From the NCBI RefSeq assembly GCF_004010195.1, contig NC_057720.1, forward strand, positions 3,443,216 through 3,498,939: DNA of 55,724 bases. Reading direction: 5' to 3'. The notes under the pieces were generated by a model. That model searched no databases and was not told where the DNA came from. It worked only from the letters and a program-made list of their open reading frames with translations. Numbering within the stretch: position 1 is the stretch's first letter; each line of letters begins with the position of its first letter. The position numbers and the translations under genes were made by a program. Positions 24,666 to 36,785 of this stretch are shown piece by piece. This stretch comes from Chiloscyllium plagiosum (lineage: Eukaryota).

Positions 24666-25499
24666 CAATGATTTTTTTAATCAAAAGCTGGAGACATTGA
24701 TCTTGGTGCTCATGCAGGCAGTGTAGGAATGTGGGATCTGAATTCTTGTGATAGAACTGCAACAGGCATTACTAATTTAACTGTATACAGAAGGTGGGAC
24801 GAGAGGAATCTGAGCCATATAAACCCAATGTTGTCTGAAACCACAATGACATAGCTTCTTTAACCCAAGCAGAGTAAAGGTACACTCTACTCTCCAGTCA
24901 CTGCTCTGTGTGAAGAGATTCATAGCAATTGCACCTGGAGCTGGGTTTACACAGTACCCTAGTACCCTCCTCTTGACTATAATGTCAGTGGGGAGCTCAC
25001 CCATGATCTCGACATATGTGCTATGATAATTTAATGCTCCAAGCAGCATTAATTGTATAAATCTCAAAAGAACATCCTATTGCGGAGAGCTGACAGTCAA
25101 TCTGAATTGGCAGAGGCTCTACAATCCCAGCTCTCCCCTTCTCTACCTTCTTCAAGACTTTTAAGATGCTCCTTTAAACTCAATTGTCTAACCTTAAGCT
25201 CCTAGTTTAAATATCTATGTGTCAGTGTCATGCATTGTCATATATTGAGTGTAGAGGAATCACTTTTACAATCAATAAGTTGAGCCTTGTATGCAAGGTT
25301 TACCATTTCATTGCATTTCATACGTGTTTGATGAGTTTAGTTATCTCAAGTAATGGAAACTATTGCCTGTGTTTCTGTTCTGAATTGCAAAACCTGGTGG
25401 ATATTTCTTTGATGGAAAATAAGGGATTCGAAGTGTTGAACTGTAATGTTATTTCAAAAGTATTTGGGTGCTATATTGTGTACATGTGTAGTCAGAACC

Positions 25500-26605
25500 A
25501 GTAGAGTGCCATCGAGATCAGTGCTAGGGTCACAATGATTTACAATATGCAAATAGTTCTTCTATAATGTGATGGTTGCGTGCTTGTGCAACCCTGTGTT
25601 ATAGAAAAATCACACTTTAGAAACAGTGCTTAAAGTGTTGGCAATATTACAGCCAACACACATTTTAAAAGTTCACACTTTAGAAAGTGTCCCCAAATCG
25701 TCAATTGCATTACAGTGAAGTCGCATTAATGAAATGCTCTGTAGCAGAATGATCTGTATATCAATGACTTGGATGAAGAAAGTGAATGTATTGTAGCAAT
25801 GTTTGCAGGTAACTCAACAAATAGGTGGGAAGGCCAGTGGTGATGATGACACAAAAAGTGATGTGGCCAGATTAAGGGATTGAACAAAATCTTGGCAGAT
25901 AGGATATAATGTGGTGAGATTTAGCACTTTAGCAGGAAGCATAGAGAAGCTGAGTATTATTTAAGTGGAGAAAACTACAACAGGGAGGCATTTGAGATCC
26001 TTGTTCATAAATCACAAAAAGCTTTGCATACAATTTCAGTAGGTAATAGGGATTGAATGTTTGCCTTCATTTCAAAGAGATTGGAGCATAAAAAATGGAG
26101 AGTCTTGATAAACCTATACAAGGTACTCATCAGACTCTTATCTAAGGAAAGGTATACTGGTATTGGAGACAATCTAAAGAAGGTTCACTCGGCTAATCCC
26201 AGATATGGAAGGACTATTATATCAGGACAGGTTGAGTAATTGGAGCCTGTACTCATTAGAGTTTAGAATGAGAGGTGACCTTATTGAAACATAAAGATTC
26301 TGAGAGGACGTGACCAGGTAGATGTAGAAAGGTTGTTTTCCCCCGTGGGAGAGTAGGAGCAGGTGATTTAATCTCAAAGTGAGGAGTAGGCCATTTAAAC
26401 AGAGATGAGAAGGAAATTATTTTCTCTCAGAAGACAGTGAATCTGTGGCATTCTTTACCACAGAGGGCTGTAGAGACTGGGTTGTTAAGTATGTTCAAGG
26501 CTGAGATAGACAGATTTTTGATCTGTAAAAGAATCGAAGGGGTATGGGGCAAAGGCAGGCAAGTGGAGCTAAGGACGATCACATCTGCCATGACCTCATT
26601 GAAGT
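25500..26605 (+). mobile_element. Old CR1 RT/3' fragment interrupted by a MITE
   Basis: tttacaatat|atatcaatgacttggatgaa (FTIYINDLDE) rejoins across 25550-25756. 3' region tgaatctgtggcattctttaccacagagggctgtagag. Confidence 0.8.
25550..25756. mobile_element. Tc1/mariner (Tigger/MER6-like) MITE, decayed
   Basis: Imperfect terminal inverted repeats caaatagttcttctataa / tgtagcagaatgatctg at a TA-type site; cleanly interrupts a CR1 reading frame. Confidence 0.6.
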
Positions 26606-27841
26606 GGGAGGCCTGGGGATGGCATTCATGGCACTGAGCCACTGAAGCTAAGATTACAATGAAAGAGGAAAATTCAAGTTCAACGTGCAGGATCTCATAA
26701 AACCTAGGAGAGGACATGAAGCTGCAAGAATTGGGGTTTCTCACTAGTCACAATGAGTGTTGTCTCTAACTTTCTTTTCAGCTGCGCAGGCCTCTAAGTT
26801 CCATGTTTAGCAGCGGCTTCCAGAACCGGAAGTCAAAACCGTGATGCGTGTGCAGAGCTTTGGGGCGTGCAGTCGCTCAGCTTACAGAGGATTGTTGGTC
26901 ACAATCACTCTGGCCTCGACATGCTGAGAATAAGTGGCCAATAAAGGGACAGCAATTCGCAAAGGCATGGGCACTGGGGATAAACTGGGGACATTAATAG
27001 TCATATAAAGGGCTGAATGGAAGGAGGCTGAAAGCTCATTGAAACACAAAAGGGAACATGAAAGATGGAGAGTATGCCAGAGGTGGAGCCTACAACTCAT
27101 TCATGATGACATGAAATTGAAACCTTACCATCTATGATCCAAGTTCAACTGTGCAGTAATGAGATAAAATAACTGTGCTTGCATTTCAACAGTGTGGAGC
27201 AAATAACTGAGTTTTTTTCTTCAGGGGCAGAGTATAACTCAATTGTATTAGTCTTGCATCCATTGATTCAATAATGCTATGCATCAGCATCAAATGCAGG
27301 TCATTCGTTTTTAAAAATAAACATTAAAAATTATGACCTCAGGTAATCATGACCATTGCATTGTTTGCACTAACTGCCTGCTTGCCATATCAGGTAAGCA
27401 ATCTAATCAGACACTAACTTGAAAGTCTCATCCTTATTTGACATTTCTAAATCACTTTTCATACCTGACACTGGAATGCAATGCTTTGGAGTTGTCACAT
27501 TCGCACAAAGAACTGTAAGTATGGAAGGACATAGTCGATGGGGTTTAAGAGTAGCTTCTTTTTGTGCACATGGTAGGTGTGGGGGGAGGATTTATGTCAG
27601 ATTTTCACTTCAGCAATGTAACATGAACACTTCAGTCCTGCAACATGTATCTGGATAAGGTTACACATATCAGAGCTCCTTATTGAGACATAACATTGGC
27701 CTCCTTCTGAAGCCTTTATGGAATACCTTGTCAGGACATAAAGGGATTCATTGTGATTGATGTGAGAGCTCGGGAGTACCATTACTGAAGTGCTACTCTC
27801 TTCCTGACATTCTGCACAAATTCTCAGTTCATACATCTGAT

Positions 27842-28080
27842 ATGGACATTGTGCTTGCTTGATTCTTTGTGCCTTGCTTAACAGGTGAAGGCAGCATCAA
27901 GAGAGAGAGTAATTGCAATGTTGGCAACAAGCCGAGCAGGAACAGCAACCCCCAGTGGCTGCTGAACAGCCTCCAGGTGGAGAAACTGTATCTATAGACA
28001 TCACTGACATATTCTACAGCTCTCAGAAACTCACTGCATTTACAGACTAAGCATACCCTGGCCAACTTCAGTGAACCCTC
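27842..28080 (+). pseudogene. Possible PIF/Harbinger transposase N-terminal fossil
   Basis: From ~27977 one frame reads RWRNCIYRHH*HILQLSETHCIYRLSIP, resembling the Harbinger/HARBI1-like motif RVYR..FLQLSE..C.RRLR. Stops and frameshifts present. Confidence 0.4.
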
Positions 28081-28103
28081 AAACTGATGCAGAATCAAGA
28101 TAC

Positions 28104-28400
28104 TGTTGTGGGGAAAATCACCAGTCTCGGAGCCAGAATCGGGATTCAACGACAGAGTTTATTGTACAAAGAAACCGAAGTTCCGGGGAGAGAGAGAGAT
28201 GCCCAGCAGCACGGCTGTCAGCTGTGAGCCTTCCCTCATCCTCGGAGCACAGGTCACAATATTTTATACATTTCACGGTATATTGTCCAGATATCAGGTC
28301 TTTGTTTGTGCAGCATGGTTTGTTTGCAGAAAACATTAGAGTCATTGTCAGTTTCAGAGGAATGTTACAGAGTCACTGTCAGTTTCAGCAGCTACACCTT
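28104..28400 (-). mobile_element. Probable LTR (3' part), truncated by CR1 insertion
   Basis: Minus strand has TATAAAA (28262-28268), AATAAA (28158-28163) about 100 nt downstream, and terminal ..ttttccccacaaCA at 28104. Relatively CpG-rich. Confidence 0.5.
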
Positions 28401-28404
28401 ACTT

Positions 28405-29830
28405 CAGAGCCTTACTTCTGTTATAGGAGAGGTTTTGGAAAGGATTATAAGAGATAAGATTTATAATCATCCAGCAAGCAACAATTTGATTTCAGATAGT
28501 CAACATGANNNNNNNNNNNNNNNNNNNNNNNNNNNNNNNNNNNNNNNNNNNNNNNNNNNNNNNNNNNNNNNNNNNNNNNNNNNNNNNNNNNNNNNNNNNN
28601 NNNNNNNNNNNNNNNNNNNNNNNNNNNNNNNNNNNNNNNNNNNNNNNNNNNNNNNNNNNNNNNNNNNNNNNNNNNNNNNNNNNNNNNNNNNNNNNNNNNN
28701 NNNNNNNNNNNNNNNNNNNNNNNNNNNNNNNNNNNNNNNNNNNNNNNNNNNNNNNNNNNNNNNNNNNNNNNNNNNNNNNNNNNNNNNNNNNNNNNNNNNN
28801 NNNNNNNNNNNNNNNNNNNNNNNNNNNNNNNNNNNNNNNNNNNNNNNNNNNNNNNNNNNNNNNNNNNNNNNNNNNNNNNNNNNNNTTGGGAGGTCATGTT
28901 GCGGCTGTACAGGACATTGGTTAGGCCACTGTTGGAATATTGCGTGCAATTCTGGTCTCCTTCCTATCGGAGAGATGTTGTGAAACTTGAAAGGGTTCAG
29001 AAATGATTTACAAGGATGTTGCCCGGGTTGGAGGATCTGAGCTACAGGGAGAGGCTGAAAAGGCTGGGGGTGTTTTCCCTGGAGTGTCGGAGACTGAGGG
29101 GTGACCTTATAGAGGTTTACAAAATTATGAGGGGCATGGATAGGATAAATAGACAAAGTCTTTTCCCTGGGGTAAGGATGTCCAGAACTAGACGGCATAG
29201 GGTGAGAGGGGAAAGATATAAAAGAGACCTAAGGGGCAACTTTTTCACGCAGAGGGTGGTACGTGTATGGAATGAGCTGCCAGAGGATGTGGTGGAGGCT
29301 GGTACAATTGCAACATTTAAGAGGCATTTGGATGGGTATATGAATAGGAAGGGTTTGGAGGGATATGGGCCGGGTGCTGGCAGGTGGGACTAGATTGAGT
29401 TGGGCCTAGATTGGGTTGGGATATCTGGTCAGCATGGATGGGTTGGACCATGTTTCCATGCTGTAGATCTCTAAGACTCTATGACACTAAAATCAGTGGA
29501 GTAGTGAACACTTTTGAAGAATGTTACAGGTTGCAGGGGGACCTGGATAAACTGCAGAATTGGGCTGAGAGGGTGGCAAATGGAGTTCAATGCAACTAAA
29601 TGTGAGGTGATTCACTTTGGGAAGAATAACAGGAAGACAGAGTACTGGGTCAAGGGAAAGATTCTTGGTAGTGTGGATGTGCAGAGGGTTCTTGGAGTCC
29701 ATATAATAGATCCCTGAATGTTGCCACCAAGGTGGATAGTGCTGTTAAGAAGGCACACGGTGTGTTAGGTTTCATTCGTAGAGGGATTGCATTCCGGAGC
29801 TGCAATATCATGCTGCAACTTGGCCGCACT
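28405..29830 (+). mobile_element. CR1 LINE pieces across a gap: young HER1 3' end (28886-29483) abutting RT fragments of another CR1 (28405-28508, 29484-29830)
   Basis: LTSVIGEVLERIIRDKIYNH; ORF MLPGLEDLSYRERLKRLG..RRLRGDLIEVYKI..FFTQRVV; WQMEFNATKCEVIHFG. Confidence 0.88.
28509..28885. other. Assembly gap (N run)
   Basis: Run of n inside CR1. Confidence 0.99.
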
Positions 29831-30544
29831 TGGATAGCTTAACAGTCATATTCACAGAATCATCCATTACAGGCAATGTCCCAGACTACAGCATCAGCTG
29901 GACAGACCCAGCAGAAGCAGTAGCACAGTGATATACAATTGGAGGGACTTGCCCTGGGCGTCCTCAACATTGACTCGAGACTTCATGGAATCTCATGGCA
30001 CAGGGTAAAATCTGGGCAAGGAAATATCCTGATGATTATCACGTAACCTCCTTCCCCGAGATGATGAATCAGTACTCCTCCCAAGTTGAACACCACTTGG
30101 AGGATGTACTGAAGGCGGTATGGGCATAGAGTGTATTGTGGATGACCTAAATGTTCACAACTAAGAGTAGCTTGGCAGCACCGATACTGACCAAGCTGGA
30201 CGAGTCCTAAAGGACTCAGCTGCTACGAGGAACCAAGAAGGGAGGAAAGAAACATTCAACCTAACCAATCTGTCTGCCACAGGTGTGCCTACTGTATCAG
30301 TAAAAGTGATCACTATACATGGAAATGAAGTCTTGTCTTCACACTGAGGATACCAACCACTCATGCTGCATGGCACTATCACTATGCTAAAACAGATAGC
30401 CATTGAACAAATCTAACAACTCAAGAGACCAGAATTGCACGCAGTATTCCAACAGTGGCCTAAGCAATATCCTGTTCAGCCGCAATTCATAACAATTCAT
30501 GAGGTGCTGTGTGCCATCAACAACTGAAATGTTGTATCCTGACA

Positions 30545-30762
30545 CAGAAACAGAGAAACATAGAAAATAGTAGCAGAAGTAGACCCTTAGAGCCTGCTCC
30601 ACTATTTTTTATGATCATGGGTGATCATCCAACTCAATAGTCTGTTCCTGCTTTCCCCCCTATCCTTTGATCCCTTTAGACCCTGGTACAATATCCAATT
30701 CCTTCTTGAAACCACACAATGTTTTGGCATTGACTGCTTTCTGTAAGTGAATTCCACAGGAA
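30545..30762 (-). mobile_element. CR1 3' end insert
   Basis: agaaacatagaaaatagtagcagaagtagaccc..atgatcatgggtgatcatcc..gaattccacagg. Confidence 0.75.
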
Positions 30763-31242
30763 TTTTGTGACCTCATGGCCTGGCATATCCCCCATTTTAC
30801 AATTACCATAAAGCCAGCTGATCAGCCCTTGTTCAGTGAAGAGTGCTAAAGGGCATGTCAAGAGTAACACCAGGCATACCGAAAAAATATGGTGTAAACT
30901 TGGTTAAGCTACACAGCAGGACTAGCACAACATTAGCAGCAAGTACAAGATAGGGCAAAGCAGTTCTACATCCAACCAAGCTCATTTAAATTCTGCAGTC
31001 CTGCCTCATCCAATAATAAAAGGTGGTGGACAGTCAAACGACTCACTAGAGGAGAATGATCCATGATATCACCATGTTCAATGATGGGTGCGCCCAGCAC
31101 AGCAATGCAAAAGAATTTGTAATAATCTTCAGCCAGAATGCTCAGTGGATGAGCCATCTTGACCTCTGCCAGAGATCTCCAATATCACAAATGCCAGTCT
31201 TCAGTAAATTCAATTCACTCCATGTAATATGCAACGGACACC

Positions 31243-32230
31243 TAAAGGTGCTGAAGGACACCCTCTTAAGAACAGGGCACGATTGCCAGTTCAGACGTGT
31301 CACAGCAAGAGAGCGTAATGACCTTCTCAGGAGACAGACATGGGATGGGACCGATAGGGTACCCTTTGTTGTCCATTACTTCCCGGGAGTGGAGAAACTA
31401 TGCTGTGTTCTTTTCAGCCTTCAATACATTATCGATGAGGAATTGTACCTCACCAAGACCTTCCCTACACCTCCACTTAACCGCCTTTAAACAATTTGGG
31501 TGGCACGGTGGCATAGTGGTTTCCTCCCACAGTCCAAAAATGTGCAGGTCAGGTGAATTATGTGTGGCACCTTCCCTTGCCACAGCAAGATGTGCAAAAC
31601 CTGCACCCACACCTCGCCCCTCACCTCCATCCAAGGCCCCAAAGGATCCTTCCACATCCAGCAGAGATTTTACGCATCTACTCATCTACTGTGTCTGTTG
31701 CTCTCGATGTGGTCTCCTCTACATTGGGGAAACAGAACGCCAACTCGCAGAATATTTCAGGGAAAATTTCTGGGACAAACGCACCCAACAACGCAACTGC
31801 CCTGTGGCCAACCACTTCAACTTCCCCTCACACTCCGCCAAGGATATGCAAATTCTGGGCCTCCTCCAACACCAAACTCTAGCCACCTGAAGCCTGGAGG
31901 AAGAATGCTTCATCTTCCACCTTGGGACCCTCCAACCACATGGCATCAACGTCAACTTCACCAGTTTCCTTTATAATAGACTGCAACCCATTCTAAAACC
32001 CATTCCAATGTAACAGCAATATATTTGTTCAATATATTGTTTCATTTGCATGACACGGTGATCTTTTGCTATAAATTCTGTGTCTTATGATTCTGCTCCA
32101 CAGCTACCTGATGAAGAAGCAGTGCTCCGAATGCTGGTGCTTCCAAGTAAACCTGTTGGACTATAACCTGGTGTTGTGTGAATTTTAACTTTGTCCACAC
32201 CAGTCCAACATCAGCACCTCCACATCATAG
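31243..32230 (+). mobile_element. Chimeric Penelope-like element 3' part: family-B linker, SINE scrap, family-A GIY-YIG block, family-B terminus
   Basis: HLKVLKDTLLRTG..DRVPFVVHYFPGVEKL; LIYCVCCSRCGLLYIGETERQL (GIY-YIG); terminus with hammerhead-like CTGATGA-agaagcagtgctcc-GAAT at 32108-32132. Confidence 0.78.
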
Positions 32231-32321
32231 CTACCTGTACCCAAAAAGTAGGACAAATCCAATCTGGCTAATTACTGCCCATTCAGTCTATTCTTGATCA
32301 TCAGTAAAGTGATGCAATGTG

Positions 32322-34572
32322 TTGAAAACTGTGGTGTTGGAAAAGCACAGCAGGTCACGCAGTATTCGAGAAACAGGAGAATCAACGTTTCAGGCAGAAG
32401 CCCGTCATCAGGAATGTAGGGGTATGTGGGTGTGGAGGAAGGGGGCTGAGAGATAAATAGGAGAGTGGGAATGGGGATGGGTGGACAGTAGCTGGGAAGG
32501 CGATAGGTAGATACAGGTGAGGGGTGATGGTGATAGGTCAAAGGGGAAGGTGGAGCAGATAGTTGGGAAGGAAGATGGACATGTAATCAGTTCAAGAGTG
32601 CAGTGCTGAGTTGGATCTGGGTTGAGGTGGGGAGGGGAGAAAAGGAAACTGGTGAAGTTGACGTTGATGCCATGTGGTTGGAGGGTCCCAAGGTGGAAGA
32701 TGAAGCATTCTTCCTCCAGGCTTCAGGTGGCTAGAGTTTGGTGTTGGAGGAGGCCCAGAATTTGCATATCCTTGGCGGAGTGTGAGGGGAAGTTGAAGTG
32801 GTTGGCCACAGGGCAGTTGCGTTGTTGGGTGCGTTTGTCCCAGAAATTTTTCCTGAAATATTCTGCGAGTTGGCGTCCTGTTTCCCCAATGTAGAGGAGA
32901 CCACATCGAGAGCAACAGACACAGTAGATGAGTAGATGTGTAAAATCTCTGCTGGATGTGGAAGGATCCTTTGGGGCTTTGGATGGAGGTGAGGGGCGAG
33001 GTGTGGGTGCAGGTTTTGCACATCTTGCTGTGGCAAGGGAAGGTGCCGTGAGGGGAGGGTAGGTTGGTGGGATCTAATGAAATAATCGAGGAGGTAATGG
33101 TTTCTGTGGACTGCAGATAGTGATGGGGTCTGACTGCAGGTGCAGAAATGGTAGAGAATAATGCGCTGTATCCAGAGATTAGTGGGTTGGAAGGTGAGGA
33201 TCGGGATGGTTCTATCCTAGTTGCGGTTGGAGGGGTGGGGTTCAAGGGCAGACATGTGGGAAGTGGAGGAGATGCGCTGGAGGGCATTGTTGACCATGGG
33301 AGGGGAAATTCCGTTCCTTGAAATAGGAAGCCATCTGGGATATCCTAGAGTGGAATTGCTCCTCCTGGGAGTAGATGCAGTGGAAGTGGAGGAATTGGGA
33401 GTAAAGGATAGTGTTTTTACAGGAGGGGAGGTGTGTGGAGGTGTAGTCCAGGTAGCTGTGGGAATTGGTTGGTTTGGAATAGATGTCTGTGTTGAGTCGA
33501 TTGACTTAGATTGAGACGGAGGGGTCCATGAAGGGGAGGGAGGTGTCCGAGATGGTCTGGGTGAACTTCCGGAAAGGGTGGAAGGTGTTCATGAAGTTGA
33601 TAAACTGTTCAACCTCCTCATGGGTGCATGAGGTGGCACTGATACAGTCATCAATGTAACAGAGGGAAAAGTGGGCATGGTGCCAGTGTAACTGCGGAAG
33701 ATGGACTGTTTAACATAACTGACGAAGAGGCAGGCATAGCTGGGGCCCATATAGGTGCCCGTGGCTACTCCTTTTGACTGAAGGATTCGAAGGAGACGTT
33801 GTTGAGGGTGAGGACCAGTTCAGTTAATCGAATGAGTGTTTCAGTGGAGGGGTACTGTTTGGATCGACAGGTGAGGAAGAAACGGAGCATTTGGAAGCCT
33901 TCATCAGGGCAGATAAAGGTGTATAGGGATTGCATGTCCATGGTGAAGATGAAGCATTGGGGGCTGGGGAAACGAAAGTCATGGAGGAGGTGGAGGGTGT
34001 GAGTGGTGTGCAAATGTATGTGGGGACTAAGGGGGACAGAATGATGTTGAGATAAGTTCGGTGGGACAGGAGCACGCTGAGCTGATGGGTCGGCCGAGGC
34101 AGTCAGGCTTGTGGATCTTGGGTAGGAGGTAGAATTGTGCAGTGCGGGGTTCCCGGACTGTGAGCTTGGAATCTGTGGATGAGAGATCCCCAGAGGTATT
34201 GAAGTTGTGGACGGTCTGGGAGATGATGGTTTGGTGATGGGAGTTGAGGTCATGATCGAGGGGGCAGAAGGAGGAGGTGTCTGTGTGTTGGCACCTGGCT
34301 TCAGCGGTGTAGAGGATGTGCGTCAAACTACCACTGCCCTCCTCTTGTCAGCTGGTTGAAGTTGGAGTTGGAGCAGAGAGAGTGGAGAACTGTGCTTTAT
34401 GAGGGTGAGGTTGAAGTGGGTGGGAGGTTGGACAGGTTGAGACGGTCAATGTCATGGTAACAATTGGAGATAAAGAGGTTAAGGATGAGTAACAGACCAG
34501 GACAGGGTGTCCAAATGGATGGAGAATGTTGGAGGTGGGAAAAGAGGTCCTCAGAAGGTGGGTAGGAGTCCC
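32322..34572 (-). mobile_element. Penelope-like element (RT, GIY-YIG endonuclease, terminal repeat), disrupted
   Basis: Minus frames FYLLPKIHKPDCLGRPISS, FIFTMDMQSLYT, GTYMGPSYACLFV, YIDDC (~33640-33660), and the GIY-YIG region ~32850-32930. Terminus at 32322-32415. Confidence 0.9.
32379..32415 (-). ncRNA. Hammerhead ribozyme motif in the PLE terminal repeat
   Basis: Minus strand attc-CTGATGA-c-GGGC-ttct-GCCT-GAAAC-GTT-gattc. Confidence 0.62.
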
Positions 34573-34818
34573 GATGCTATCAAGCAGCACTTACTTTGTA
34601 ACAACATGCTCACTGACACTCAATTTGCATTCCACCAAGGCCATTTAGATCCCGATCCCATTACAGCCTTAGTTCAATCATGGACAAAAGAATCGAATTC
34701 CAGAAATGTGACTGACTACCCTTGATATCAAGGCCTTATTTGGCTGAGTGTGGCATTAATGAGCTCTAGCAATACTGGAATCAATGGGAATTAGGGAAAA
34801 CTCTGGGCCAATCATCTT

Positions 34819-35155
34819 GAATCATAGAATCCATACAATGTGGAAACAGGCAATTCAGCCCAACCAGTCCATACAAATCCTCTGAAAAGCATCCCATCCA
34901 GATCCATCCCCTACTCTGTCCCTGAAACCCTGTATTGCCTCTGCCTAAAACACTTAACTTACACATCCCTGAACACTATCGGTAATTTTAGCATGGCCAA
35001 TCCATCTAACTTGCAAACTTTGGACTGTAGGAGGGAACCAGAGCACCTGGCAGAAACCCACACAGACACGGGGAGAATGTGCAAACACCAGACAGTCAAC
35101 CGAGGGTGGAATGGAACCCAGGTCCCTGGATAACCACTGAGCCACTGTGCTACCC
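34819..35155 (-). mobile_element. HE1-type SINE
   Basis: Reverse complement of the 6846-7140 family (cacagacacggggagaatgtgcaaac; taaccactgagccactgtgctaccc). Confidence 0.88.
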
Positions 35156-35252
35156 ACAATACAGTTAGAGATTCTCTGAGGCAGAGAAAAGTTTGTTCCA
35201 GATTTTATTTTCCATTCTTTTAGTCTCTGCTCCAAGGCAACTCTGGAGAAGT

Positions 35253-35555
35253 TTAGATTAGATTACTTACAGTGTGCAAACAGGCCCTTTGGCCCAACGA
35301 GTCCACACAGACCCTCCAAAGAGCAACCCACCCAGACCGATTCCCCTACACCTAACACTACGGGCAATTTAGCATGGCCAATTCACCTAACCTGCACATT
35401 TTTGGACTGAGGGAGGAAACCGGAGCACCCGGAGGAGACGCAGACACGGGGAGAATGTGCAAACTCCACACATTCAGTCGCCTGAGGCGGGAATTGAACC
35501 GGGGTCTCTGGCGCTGGGAGGCAGCAGTGCTAACCATTGTGCCACTGTGCCACCC
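35253..35555 (-). mobile_element. HE1-type SINE
   Basis: ttagattagattacttacagtgtg tail; gcagcagtgctaaccattgtgccactgtgccaccc head. Confidence 0.9.
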
Positions 35556-36785
35556 ACCAGACTACTGTCCTAGGGCCAACCATTTTTGCTGTTTCATCAA
35601 TGACTTTCCCTCCATTATAACGTCAAACTGGGAATATTTGCTGGTGTTTGTACAATGTTCAGTACCATTCACAATTTCTTAGATACTGAAGCAGACCACT
35701 TCCAAATGCAGCGAGGCCTGGACAGTTTCCGGGTTTGGGTTTGATAAGCTCTTATGATGCCATTGTCAATTTCATTAGGGAGTGAGGTCACAAACACTTG
35801 CATTCCGAAGACATTGACAATAATGCCATTGGTAAAGATACAAATCAACTTGCTCAGAATGATGGTGGTCGCAGTGCAGATAGCTCGGATTTCAGAGCTC
35901 AATGGAACATCTGGTTTGAAATCCAGAAATGTTACTGTTCAATCTTCCAGTAGCAAATCCAGAGGTTGTACAGATCACAGCCCTGAAGCGGCAAGTGGAA
36001 AATAACACTCACGCCACACAAGTATCATGCAAGGACTATCTCCAAAAAGACAGAATCCCTTGATGTTCAATAGCATTAAGATTCTTGAATCCTGCACTGA
36101 CAATGTTACAACATTAATAAATCATCAGTCTTCGTAAGACGATATAGATGAAATGGATATTGTCAGCCAGGATCTCAAAATCACAGAATTATTACGAAAC
36201 AGAAGAAGGTCATTTTGTTCATCACGTCTGCACTGTCTGAGTGTCTTGGCTTTGTGCCAGTCTCCTTCCTTTCAGCAGAATGTTGTTTCCACTTAAATGA
36301 TCTCGAATGCCTCAGCTAAAACTGCTCCTGTCACACTTTGCAGGTAATGCATTCCAGACCCAAACTACTTGTTGCACGCTTAGGTTTCTCTCACCTCAGC
36401 AGACTCTGACCATCTCTAATAACAGGCAATCTAGCACTGTCCCTTGACATTCGATCGATTTACCATCACTATCCACTATCAACATTCTGGGGGTTACTAT
36501 TGATCAGAAACTGATTTGGACTTGCCATATAAATACTGTGGTGACAGCAGCAGGTCAGAGGCTAGGAATGTTGCAGTGAGTAATTCAGCTTCTGACTCCC
36601 CAAAGCTATCGAACATCGACAAGACACCAGTCAACTCCCCACTTACCTGGATGAGTGCAGCTCCAACATTGCTCAAGAAATTCAACACCATCCAGGACAG
36701 AACAGGCTACTTGATTGGTATGACACTCAAACATTCACTCCCTCCACAACTGATGCTCAGTAGCAGTATGTGTATCATCTACAAG

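Noticed and set aside
27884..28000. Apparent plus-strand exon after ttgcttaacag
   Set aside because: All frames stop, no good donor, and the sequence is better explained as a transposase fossil.
29390..29420. Small tandem duplication ctagattg(a/g)gttggg
   Set aside because: Trivial slippage within a CR1 3' UTR.
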